A program made the translations under genes and the position numbers. 64,000 nt of DNA from Eledone cirrhosa (Eukaryota), in the NCBI GenBank assembly GCA_964016885.1, contig OZ024742.1, positions 146,568,001 to 146,632,000 on the forward strand. The letters run 5' to 3'. Position 1 is the first letter of the stretch. Every line of letters begins with the position of its first letter. The notes beneath the pieces were generated by a model. The model was not told the origin of the DNA. It did no database searches and worked only from the letters and a program-made list of their open reading frames with translations. This document shows positions 52,426 through 64,000 of the stretch, piece after piece.

Positions 52426-53263
52426 GAATGAGTGTGTGGACTCAACATGGTTGAATGGTTAACAAGTTTGATTCACAATCTTTAGGTCCTGGGTTCAATC
52501 TCACTGTGGCCTCTTGGGTAAGTGTCATGTACCATAGCCATGGATTGGCCCATGTCTTGTGAGTGAAATTGGGTAGATGAAAACTATTTGAAAGCCTGGA
52601 AGATTGACTATACAAATAATTCACACTCAAAATTAAGGGTGCACCTGCTTTTAGAATACTCGGCTACTTGTATAGTAATTTCATGAGCAGGCTGTTCTAT
52701 TGTTTGAACAACTGAAGCACCTATTATCGGAAATGATGGAGATCCAGTAAGAAGCATTTATGTGTGTGTGTGTGTTTCTACATTCGAGAATCCCATCTTG
52801 GTGTTTTGCATGGATAGTAAAAAAGCCAACATCTTATATGCAGTAGAATTATTCTACTACATAACCAGGTCCCATATCTCAATGAATTCCTATGCTTAGT
52901 TCCTCATTCCGAATGAGGTTTATTTCTTTCCTATTGATAATATAGTGTTAGTGTTGTTGCATCATTCGCTTACTTTCTTCTAGTGAGCTACCAGAAAGGA
53001 AAAAAGAAAGTAAATGAAGGGATGTGATGAATGAATGATATAGCTGGTGTAGAATACAAATAAATAAAAACAAAATGAAACCACTTATAAATTATCCATG
53101 TTGTGAATGCAGGTGAAATACTCATAAAGAGAGATAGAGTGAAGTTCTGACTATAATAAAATCTTTTAGACATACAACAAAGTTCTTCAAAGGTAATGTT
53201 ATATATATATATATATATATATATGTATACAAATATACTGGCACACACACACATATATATATA

Positions 53264-53343
<80 letters not shown>

Positions 53344-53365
53344 TACATATGTATGTATATGTGTG

Positions 53366-53404
<39 letters not shown>

Positions 53405-53649
53405 GTTAAGTGGTAACTATGATGAATAGAGTATTTTTCAGGTTTTTTCCAGGCTAATAAAGATTATGTATAGACTAGAATCCTTCCATTGTAAGAATGA
53501 GTTCTTCAGAGGCTGTAACCAGCTTGGTGCAGTCTTTCTGACATGGAGGAGTGCACACCATCTGCAGCGATGCCAATAAATATGACAATTTCATTTTCTC
53601 TTCGGACATTGTTCAAAATTTAAGAGGGAAAAAAAAATAGAAAGAAAGA

Positions 53650-53930
53650 AAAAAAATCTTTGCAGTAATAATGATCGTAAATTTGTAATATCACAAAAGT
53701 CTTTAGATGTTACTCCATTGGAAATCATGTAGAAAGAATGCCAGGAGAAGTGGTATTGTAGTAAATATAGCGTCAATGCTTTCATCTAACTCAACTGGCT
53801 GCCAGTCTCTCCTCTGGCACTATTTCAATATTTGCAATAGTTTTTCTTTTATAGTGTTTCCTAATGAAATAGAATTATGCTTTTCTGCTTTTTGTAGAAG
53901 GATCGCAAAGATCATTACATTTGCAGCTGG
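53650..53930 (-). mobile_element. Possible PIF/Harbinger transposase relic
   Basis: Cross-frame fragments FAILLQK, IVPEERLA and LQYHFS..IS resemble the Harbinger N-terminal F..LL / I.PEERL / LQY.F pattern; very degraded. Confidence 0.25.
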
Positions 53931-54190
53931 TATAATAAATGACTCAGTTATCGGAGAAGTGGTAATGGTGATGGTAGCAGTGGTGGGGGTGCTGGTGCTG
54001 GTGGTGATGCTGGCAATGGTGGGGGTGCTGGTGGTAGTGGTGGCAGGAGGGCAGTTTTGCCTTTGCTGCTAATGCAGTCCATTGTTATGAAGCAGGCTGT
54101 ATGCACTGCTATAAAATCTCATTGTTGTTATTATTATTATTATGCAGTCTATATTCACCAATATAAAATCTTATTACTTTCTTCTTCTTC

Positions 54191-54222
<32 letters not shown>

Positions 54223-55077
54223 TGTTGTTGTTGTTTATATCTTATATTTATGCATTTGTTTTATGCTTTAAAGTGGTTGTGATTCCTCCTGATTTATGTT
54301 TCCTCCCTTAGTTATATATATATATATATATATTTAATGATATATGTTTATATATGTCTCTGTGTATTTTATTCCTCTTGTCTTCACTTTACCACAGAAG
54401 GTTCTGTTACTTCAGCACTTTAAGTTCTGCAACATTTTCCATAGAAAATGCAAGTCATCTGCTATGTTTAGATGGAGTAGGGGGAGAAATAAACCTAAAC
54501 AAATGTTTTAAGTAAACAGTTCTTTTTATGGAAAGTAAGAACTAAAAGAATCCACATTTCTTCGTTTGTGTGTATGAATATTTTGTTACCTTGTTACATT
54601 GCTGGTAGATTGGACTAAATGGAGGGGGGACTAAATAAAAATAACTTTTTTTCTCTTAATAAATAGACTGAGCAGAATTTTTTAATGGAAAATAAGAAAA
54701 TATTACACTTATAAGAATTACCAAACATTTAAAGAAATTTAAGACTACTTCCGACATTGTTATAGATAACACAAACTGCAGGAAGATGGCAGTACGCAAT
54801 TTTAGTTACAAAATCGATAATTGATGTTCTAGAAAACATTAAACCATTCGGTTTATATACTGATTTCTTATATTGATGTAAGATGTTGGATTTTTTTTTT
54901 TTTTTTTTTATAGAGCGATGGGGGAATGAATCTAACATTCATTCATGTCTTTTTCAGTGGTTTTAGTGATTTAAGCTAAGGCAAATGGATGCAATCAGAG
55001 ATCAAATCTGGTTTACAGACTCAGCTCTCCTGAGACTTATCTGTAATCTCAGTGTTTGCTACTGATATCATCATCAA

Positions 55078-55108
<31 letters not shown>

Positions 55109-55677
55109 TGTCTTCCCTGTTTGCAAGGGATTGACAGGTCTTCACAGTCAGTGTCAAAACTTTAGTGGAGTTACTGACCTCTCAGATGGGCCAGAGGCCT
55201 GCACCTTGCTTACACAAGTTTCTGTGCTCTGCTGACTACCCAGCGGAGCTGGGGATCCTGCATCTTGTTTTATATGTTCCTGCACTTTACCAAGTACATT
55301 TTATCATAGCACCAGTAATAGTCTTTGACACAGCAGAAGGGTTCTCCTGACACTTTGTTTGACAAGCTTTCTATGACTGGATGTCCTTCCTATCACCAAC
55401 CACTCTATAGAGAGTACTGGATGTGTTTATCTTGTAGATAAGCAGCAATAGGGAGAGTGTAATATCTTTGATACAACTGAAAAGTCCTTCCAGATCCTTT
55501 ATATTATTTATTTTCTTGTAGCTATTTAGCAGATGGTAATATATCAAAAACAATTTTATTAACATGACTAATTAGCGATAATATTTTAATACATAGGACA
55601 TTAAATTTCTGCACTAGAAATATATATATATTAATGAAAAAAAGCATTAGTCAATAACTAATATTATTTTAATTTTT

Positions 55678-57264
55678 CCGATACTGCCAATCCACCTATT
55701 GGTGGATTGGCAGTATCGGTAGAGGGTCGGACGCCATGCTTTCCAGCATAGTTACGTCCCTTTACGATCTGAGTTCAAATCCCGCCGAGGTTGACTTTGC
55801 CTTTCATCCTTACGGGGTTGATAAAATAAAGTACCAGTAATGCACTGGGTATTTGCTGGCCTTGTGCCTAAAGTAGAAACAATTATTTTAATTTTTCCAG
55901 CAAATATAGAAAAGAACTCTGTATAACTTTAGCCTTATTCTAAACTTCTCAGAAATAAGTATGTGTTAAAGAAAAAGGTATTAGTCTATGACTAATATTA
56001 CTTTAATTTTTCTGGCAAATATAGGGAAGAACTCTGGATATGTTTAACCTTATTCTGACCTCCCTCCTCAGAAATAAATATGGATGAATGAAAAATGTAT
56101 TAGTCTCTAATTAGGATTATTTTAATTTTTCTGGCAATTATGGTAGAGAGTTCTACAAACATTTTAGTTTTATTCTGATCTCCTCAGTGGAACATAATCT
56201 TCTCTTTACCTATCGAAGTAGTATTAATAACTGAATTATTAAATAGATATTGAAGATTAAACATTTATTGAGGTGGGGAAATACAAATATTTGAAAAAAT
56301 GAACCACTTTCAAGAATTTCGTTGACTATATCAAGCCCAGTACTTATTTCAGTCTAGTATATTTATTGATCTATAAAGGGCGGTGGATTGGCAGTATCGG
56401 TAGAGGGTCGGACGCCATGCTTTCAAGCATAGTTACGTCCCTTTACGATCTGAGTTCAAATCCCGCTGAGGTTGACTTTGCCTTTCATCCTTACGGGGTC
56501 GATAAAATAAAGTACCAGTAATGCACTGGGTATTTGCTGGCCTTGTGCCTAAAGTAGAAACAATTATTTTAATTTTTCCAGCAAATATAGAAAAGAACTC
56601 TGTATAACTTTAGCCTTATTCTAAACTTCTCAGAAATAAGTATGTGTTAAAGAAAAAGGTATTAGTCTATGACTAATATTACTTTAATTTTTCTGGCAAA
56701 TATAGGGAAGAACTCTGGATATGTTTAACCTTATTCTGACCTCCCTCCTCAGAAATAAATATGGATGAATGAAAAATGTATTAGTCTCTAATTAGGATTA
56801 TTTTAATTTTTCTGGCAATTATGGTAGAGAGTTCTACAAACATTTTAGTTTTATTCTGATCTCCTCAGTGGAACATAATCTTCTCTTTACCTATCGAAGT
56901 AGTATTAATAACTGAATTATTAAATAGATATTGAAGATTAAACATTTATTGAGGTGGGGAAATACAAATATTTGAAAAAATGAACCACTTTCAAGAATTT
57001 CGTTGACTATATCAAGCCCAGTACTTATTTCAGTCTAGTATATTTATTGATCTATAAAGGGCGGTGGATTGGCAGTATCGGTAGAGGGTCGGACGCCATG
57101 CTTTCAAGCATAGTTACGTCCCTTTACGATCTGAGTTCAAATCCCGCCGAGGTTGACTTTGCCTTTCATCCTTACGGGGTCGATAAAATAAAGTACCAGT
57201 AATGCACTGGGTAATTGCAGGCCTTGTGCCTAAAGTAGAAACAAGTATATTTATTGATCTATAT
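55678..57264 (+). repeat. 681-bp tandem duplication containing three Nin-like SINEs
   Basis: SINE heads at 55701, 56382 and 57063 with essentially identical spacers. Confidence 0.92.
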
Positions 57265-57416
57265 TTTTCAAACTGCTAATTTACAAGACATTAACAGATA
57301 GAACATATACATACCACTGATTTTAACAACCAGTCTAACATAAATACAGACAGTAACACATATATACACACATGTACACACAGCTACTCTGCTGCCATAT
57401 ATATATATATTTCATT

Positions 57417-57742
57417 TCATTTTACGTCCACTTTTCCATGCTTGCAAGGGTGGGACGGGAACTGATTCTGGCTTGATTTCTACAGCTGGATGCCCTTCCT
57501 AACACCAACCTCATTTACAGTGAGTGCTGGGTGCTTTTTTGTCGTGGCACCTCCACGACCACTTTGCAGTGGAATGATATGGACCCCAGTCCCTATCATC
57601 TCATTTCTACAGCTGAGTAAACTGGAGCAATGTGAAATAAAGTGTCTTGCTCAAGGAAACAACACATCACCCGGTCTGAGAATTGAACTCACAACCTTTC
57701 GATTGCAAGGCCAATGCTCTAACCACTAAGCCATGTGCCTCC
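57417..57742 (-). mobile_element. Full-length tRNA-head SINE with RTE tail
   Basis: Sister of 22050-22458. Confidence 0.85.
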
Positions 57743-57906
57743 ATATATATATATGTATATATCATCATACATACTTATTTCTGAGAAGTTCAGAATAAGG
57801 GTAGTTATACAGAGTTCTTTTCTATATTTGCTGGAAAAATTAAAATAATATTAGTTATTGACTAATGCTTTTTTCCTTAATATATATATGTATATATCAT
57901 CATCAT

Positions 57907-57969
<63 letters not shown>

Positions 57970-58026
57970 CATATATATATATACATACATACATATATAT
58001 ATATATACATACATACATATATATAT

Positions 58027-58182
<156 letters not shown>

Positions 58183-58315
58183 TGTTTCAAAGTTTTGTGT
58201 AATAAACACATCAAACATGTATTGAATAAAGGGCTTATATAGTGTTTTCAGAATGACTGTTTACTTAGAAGTTTCTTGAAAACTACTGACTTTTCAAAAC
58301 AAAGTCTTACTACTA

Positions 58316-58388
<73 letters not shown>

Positions 58389-58452
58389 GGTGTTGGATGC
58401 TTAAAGCGTCCGTATGCGGTAGGCTGTAGGAAAATCTGCTTTGTAGAATTAA

Positions 58453-58548
58453 GACGTATCTGAGGACCTTGCAATTTTCAGAGTCAGGTTCGATCATCAC
58501 AACAATCGTGCCTTGAGCTGGTTGCCAGAGAAACGATTGTAATATGTC
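58453..58548 (+). ncRNA. Hammerhead ribozyme with long stem II insert
   Basis: GACGTAT-CTGAGGA-(~63 nt)-GAAA-CGATT-GTA-ATATGTC: 7-bp stem I, intact core, poorly paired stem II base. Confidence 0.7.
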
Positions 58549-58653
58549 CAATAAATTCCATTCGTCGCAACACTGTTCCTCTTTTTTCTGTGGTATATAT
58601 ATATATATAATATAAAACGAAAAATCAGTGTTGCACTGGACTCAATTTATTGT

Positions 58654-58742
58654 GTGTTACAATTGTTTCGCCGGCAGACAGCTCGAGACACGATCATTGT
58701 ATGGATCTGTCTGATTCTGGTAACTGCAGGTTCGTCGGACAC
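58654..58742 (-). ncRNA. Hammerhead ribozyme (U4C variant), same family
   Basis: Reverse complement GTGT-CCGACGA-ACCTGCAG...CTGCCGGC-GAAA-CAATT-GTA-ACAC. Confidence 0.65.
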
Positions 58743-59135
58743 TGGCAATAATTCCGGATCAAAAATTCTCACTTGGGTGTTAGTGTCAAAAAACACCTTC
58801 CTCGCTTGTCCTGCTGTTGGCTGTTGTTTTTCTACGTCATCATAAATTCTGGCCAATAGTTGCAGTCAGGCTGTCCAACAGCTACCCTCTGGCTGACACG
58901 CTTCAATGAATTCATGCTGGGTTTGGTATTTCACAAGTCCACACACACACATACACATACACATATACACAAACACACAAATATACATACATACACACAT
59001 ACATACACATATATACCTATATATATATATATATATACATACTCAGACCCACATACACACACATGCACACAACCATATAACTAACAACATACGCGTCCGC
59101 ATACGCCTGCCTACATGCTCGCGTACATCAGCTCT

Positions 59136-59232
<97 letters not shown>

Positions 59233-59892
59233 AATTACATAAAGGGAGAAAGCTATTAGCGATACTCCGACCAATTTCCAACTCACTCAACAAACATTAG
59301 GAAATACTGGAGTATATTCCCAATTAAACGTTTGGGGTGCTAACTATATTGTATTGTGTGGATAATTGGCTGTATTATTTTATATGAGATATATTAAATA
59401 ACTCAATGTATGTATTTATATAAGGTAGTAACTAAGTTTAGGTAAAAATAAGTGGGGAGATGTAGTAAACACAAATACAAAAGGGCTAAAAGAATAAATG
59501 TTATGGATAGATAGGGTTAAAGAAAAGGCAAAGCTTGGAGATCAAGTAAACAAACAAAAGGAAAGAAATAGGTACAGGTTGTATTTACCACTTACTAGTT
59601 TGACCATGAAATACATAGATTTTCTGTTGTATAAACTGCATTAAAATTAAATGGTGAAAAACAACCTGCACTAATTTTACAAATATTTTCATGTTCTTAA
59701 ATTATAAAAAAAGTAGAGAAAGTAATTTAGCTGAATCTGTCAACTACATGCCAATGTCCACACATTCAGTGCTATCCTTTTTTCTCCACATTATATTTGT
59801 TGTAAAGCAGTAGGGATGTACAGTTAACAGGTTAATGGTATGTCTACAATTTGAATAAGTGTGATGCTGGTGATGAAGTTGTCATGAATTCC

Positions 59893-60246
59893 ATGTGTCT
59901 GACACACACGGACATGCCTACAAAGTCAGAAAACAGTACAGCTCCCATGTCTTTCGGAAACATTTTTACACGCTCAGAGTTGCAGAAGCATGGAACAAAC
60001 TACTTGCATCAGTTGTTAGCTGCCAAGACACTGCATCCTTTAAAACCTCCATGCTTCCTGAAATTCACCAACTCACACCTGATATCCCCCTCCATACACA
60101 AGCACGCATGTATCTGTGTGTATATCATGACTCATACACTGTTCCCATTCTTGATATTTGTACATTACTCTATGTACTATACATGCACTTTTGATAAGTT
60201 GTAGTGCACCTGAGCACTGTACACAATAATTTTATTATCATTATTA
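59893..60246 (+). mobile_element. CR1-like LINE 3' end
   Basis: THGHAYKVRKQ...RKHFYTLRVAEAWNKL.ASVV...SFK fits the TRGH/RV...WN.LP C-terminus; 3' UTR ends in (ATT)n. Confidence 0.8.
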
Positions 60247-60247
60247 T

Positions 60248-60432
60248 GTGGATTGGCAGTATCGGTAGAGGGTCGGACGCCATGCTTTCCAGCATAGTTA
60301 CGTCCCTTTACAGTCTGAATTCAAATCTCGTCGACGTTGACTTTGCCTTTCATCCTTACAGGGTCGATAAAATAAAGTACCAGTAATGCACTGGGTAATT
60401 GCTGGCCTTGTGCCTAAAGTAGAAACAATTAT
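60248..60432 (+). mobile_element. Nin/Deu-like SINE
   Basis: Family match; inserted at the CR1 tail. Confidence 0.88.
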
Positions 60433-60831
60433 TATTTACATAGTTGTCACTGATGTCAAATGGGAAGCAAAACACTTGTCTTCTTCAGTAATGAACTTAA
60501 ACCAAGTTATAACGGTTTTAGTGCTATTCCATTATGGCATTCTGGATTTATTTTTAATATTAAGGAGTATCTAATCTAATGTGTTTTTGCTAATTATGTG
60601 TTTATCATCTCTTTCTTCCCTTTGTATTGTTTACTTGATTTCCATGCCTTAATTCTTCTGTAGTCCCACCTATCATTAACATTTCTCTCTTATCTACTTG
60701 TATATTTATGTCTAGTACATCTTTCCACTACTTCTTACCTAAACTTAGTAACTGCTATAGTGAAAGGTGCATTCACTTAACATTTTTGAAAAACCAGAAG
60801 TTTTAATAACACTTCTAAGTAAACAATCATG

Positions 60832-60834
<3 letters not shown>

Positions 60835-60887
<53 letters not shown>
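60835..60887. repeat. (CTAT)n microsatellite
   Basis: Visible directly. Confidence 0.95.
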
Positions 60888-60888
<1 letters not shown>

Positions 60889-60889
60889 T

Positions 60890-63800
60890 TCGGAGAAGAT
60901 AGACGTGTTTTTGTTTCGCTGCTGCATTTTGTCGGAATTTATTACGAGAAGCGGTAGGTCTGTTTAAGTAATTTGTTATTTGTTGTGTTTAACCCCTCGC
61001 CTGGGCCTGCAGACGTTGGGTAAAATAAATTTTGCCCCTTTTGGGGGCGAAATTTAATAGTTATAAGTTGTCAATAAAAATTTGTTTAGTGACAAGAGAA
61101 GGTAGCAGCACAACGCTGTAAGCCTTCCCTCCTCACTCCCGCAAAAGACACCACGGAATCAAAAGAAAAAATTGTGGAAATGGGTGAAAACCCCAAAAGT
61201 AACAATTACACAAACAAGAACAACAATAACAACACAATTAACAACAGCAACAATGACAATAACAGCACAACCAACAACAGCAATAATGACAACACCAACA
61301 AAGGAAAAAAGCAAGCCAACACGAATAACAACAACAACAATGATAACAACACAAAAGAAAACGGACCCACAGCTGCAGTCTCCTTCGCACAAGCGGTCTG
61401 AGAAACAAAGACATACAAGGCACTGGACATCTTGAATGCCAAGAAATTGCTGAAAGAAGCAAGGAATGGTGTAAGTTTCGGGGAAGGTGGGGAATTCACA
61501 ATTACCTCCCCCGAAGAAATTAGAAGGGACACAGTCCTCAGGACCCTAATCTATAGGACAGTTTCGAACACGACTAGGAAACCGGCTCAACTGTCCCAAA
61601 GCGAACTCTGGTCCTAAGTAGTGCCTGGAAGGATATCGCTTTCATACAGAAAGGGAAACTGTATGGAAGCATATCTGTTTTAATGCAAGATGAATTGGCG
61701 GCACGGAAATATTCTGTGTCACCAATTATATCCAAATCATACACCTTTTTCCTCGCATATTTGGGGAAAAGAACTCAAAAGATAAGAATCTCGGGCATCA
61801 GGCCAAATGCGAGCATTTGGTGGGTGCTAACGGGATTCTTAGAAGATGAGGACACAATCTTTTCGATAGGCGAATCCACCGGGGGCGTATTCGGCGGCAA
61901 TAGCCTTGAAGTTCTGGTTCAAATGAGACCAGAACGGATAGCAAGAATACCACAGCATGTGTCCCTGGATGGAGTCGCCTTCATAAACATTTCTGTTGAG
62001 GGCAGGCGGCCTTCATGTTACCACTGTTCAAGAAGTGGTCACCTGAGGGCTTACTGTCCCCTTTTAAATGACCCCCTCCCCAAAAAGACGCTTCTGCCCA
62101 CCCTACACACAACAACACAACCACCACCACCACCACCACCACCACAACAACAACAACAACACGAAAAAATAACAACACAAGACACTGTCCCACTCAACCC
62201 CTCCCCACCTAAAACAAATACAAAAGCAACCACAACAAAACCCCAAAATATACCCCTCCCCAACAACACGGACGAGGACCCCTTATCAACGTCACCCAGT
62301 GACGACGAGGGAAACCCTTTCAACCTGTAAAAAGAAAGAAAAGAAGGCACCACATTAACAAAAATGCAACAAACACACAACCACCAGCACAAACAGAACA
62401 AACATCACAAACAAAAAAACCCACCCCTCCCGAAAACATAACACATACTACAAAACGCAAACACACACAAGAACAATAAACAAAAACAAACACAACACAA
62501 CAAAAACAGTATACATACATCAACACAAACAACAAAACATTTGTGCAAACAATAGACAAAGACCCTTCGGTGGAAACCGAAGGGAAAATGTTAACCAACG
62601 CGGCGACTAAACCGCATTTAAAAATGATTAGGGTCCCAAGAGACATCTACGCAATGCTCAAATACAACTTTCCCGAGGACGTGGGGAACCCCTGTACTAG
62701 ACCTAGCAACCGCTCCCTCTTGAAATGTTTCCCCACCATCACCCCAGACACCCCCCCCCCCACCACCAAACACCCCCACTCCACCACACACTGATGTCCC
62801 CACCGCATCCCAAACCACCACCCCACCAAACAACCCCGCCGACAACACCATGGAAATTGTGCAGCCTGGTCCCCAGGAGAAGGACAGGTAGGTGTCTTTT
62901 CCTTTTTCTCCACTCTAAACTCTTCACCACCAACATGGCTGTTATAAGAGTTGGATGTTTAAATGTGCGCGGCCTGGGGATGTCCTGGAAGCAGGGCAAA
63001 CTCTTAAATGACCTCAGGTCGCACAGAATGGATGTGATAGCTATTTCCGAGTCCAGGATCAGCAGCGAGCACCAACTGGCCCCCATCTTCGACGACTTTG
63101 AGATCTATGCATCTCTCTGTCAGCCGGGGGGGGGGGTCGTTCTGCTGCGAAAACACCTGGGCCTCGCAACACGGAAGGTACACCTGGACCGGGAGGGTCG
63201 ATTGGTGGTTCTAGACGTAGGCAGTAGTGAAGGTGGAGCCTTCAGGCTGGTTGCAGCGTATGCTCCTTCTGGGACACCGCGACCGGACTTCTTCCAACGC
63301 CTAGAGACTTTTCTGGGAACGTCTCGCTCCTTGCTTTTAGTGGGGGACTGGAATGGTATCCTGGATGCACGTAGGGACTATGTAGGAGCATGTCCCGATA
63401 GAGGGGGTGTAACAGCCTCAAACGGTTAATCGGCCGATTTGATCTGGCCGATAGATATCGACTAGATTTTCCGACTGTGCCACTGTGGACGTGGACTAAT
63501 CTTAGCGAAACATCTAGGTCGTACCTAGATAGGTTCCTAGTTAGAAATAAGGATAGGGACATATTAAGCTGTCCACGAATGTTCATGGTTGACTATTCGG
63601 ATCACAAGTTGGTCAACATTGATAGAACCCATAGACAAGGACCCGGTTACTGGAAGCTAAACTTGTCCTTACCGACAAACAAAGCTTACAGTAAGCGGAT
63701 TAGCACTCTAGTTAAGCAGCAGTTGACGGGGGCAATTGTCAACAGCAGGTGGTGGGGCTCTCTGAAGAGAGAAATTAGAATAGAATCGATAGGTTTTAGT

Positions 63801-64000
63801 CAGGAATTAGCATCAGATAGGAATAGAACTGAAAGGGAATTGATAGATAGAGTAGAAGAGGCGATTAGGAGGGGCAACGTGGTCGGTGTGCTGGCGTCAA
63901 GAACGGCCCTAGACCAGTTCTTTGACGCGAAGCACGAGGGATGTGTTGTCAGGAGTAAAATACGTGCTCTGAGTAACGAGGGAGCCAAAGCTGTTGGCTG
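60890..64000 (+). mobile_element. Tx1/L1-clade LINE 5' part (disrupted ORF1 with CCHC knuckle; ORF2 APE endonuclease)
   Basis: ORF1 from ~61190 with CYHCSRSGHLRAYC and internal stops; ORF2 from 62935 with CLNVRGL, IAISES, AYAP, GDWNGILD, SYLDRF, SDHKLV, GPGYWKLN; frameshift ~63415; truncated by window end. Confidence 0.9.

Noticed and set aside
52777-53200. Hairpin-containing segment between microsatellites as another hammerhead element
   Set aside because: Hairpins exist (~52838-52863, ~52902-52918) but GTGATGA...GAAA lacks convincing stems
55700-55790. tRNA genes at SINE heads (also 12660-12750, 22390-22458 and others)
   Set aside because: A/B boxes are present but there is no full cloverleaf; they continue into SINE bodies with TSDs

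Overview
AT-rich, repeat-saturated animal genomic DNA; the SINE/LINE/microsatellite make-up suggests a cephalopod such as Octopus (inference). I found no intact host gene, and most listed ORFs are artefacts of satellites and microsatellites. Mobile content: a near-full-length RTE LINE with an embedded PHD finger plus many RTE fragments; three motif-distinct Penelope-like elements (RT + C-terminal GIY-YIG); a Helitron Rep/Pif1 relic; a Tx1/L1-clade LINE running off the right end; CRE-like and CR1-like fragments; at least two tRNA-derived SINE families; and mariner-, piggyBac- and hAT-like MITEs. Tandem repeats include a 5.6-kb 28-bp minisatellite and a strand-switching (GGGAT)n array. The most striking unannotated signal is about ten hammerhead-ribozyme-like motifs from several unrelated sequence families. 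Most lie in ORF-less fold-back or tail-to-tail elements next to (TA)n tracts, consistent with a Penelope pLTR/retrozyme-like system. Weak relics of possible host genes are also flagged. Coordinates were read by eye and may be off by a few bases, more for degenerate elements.
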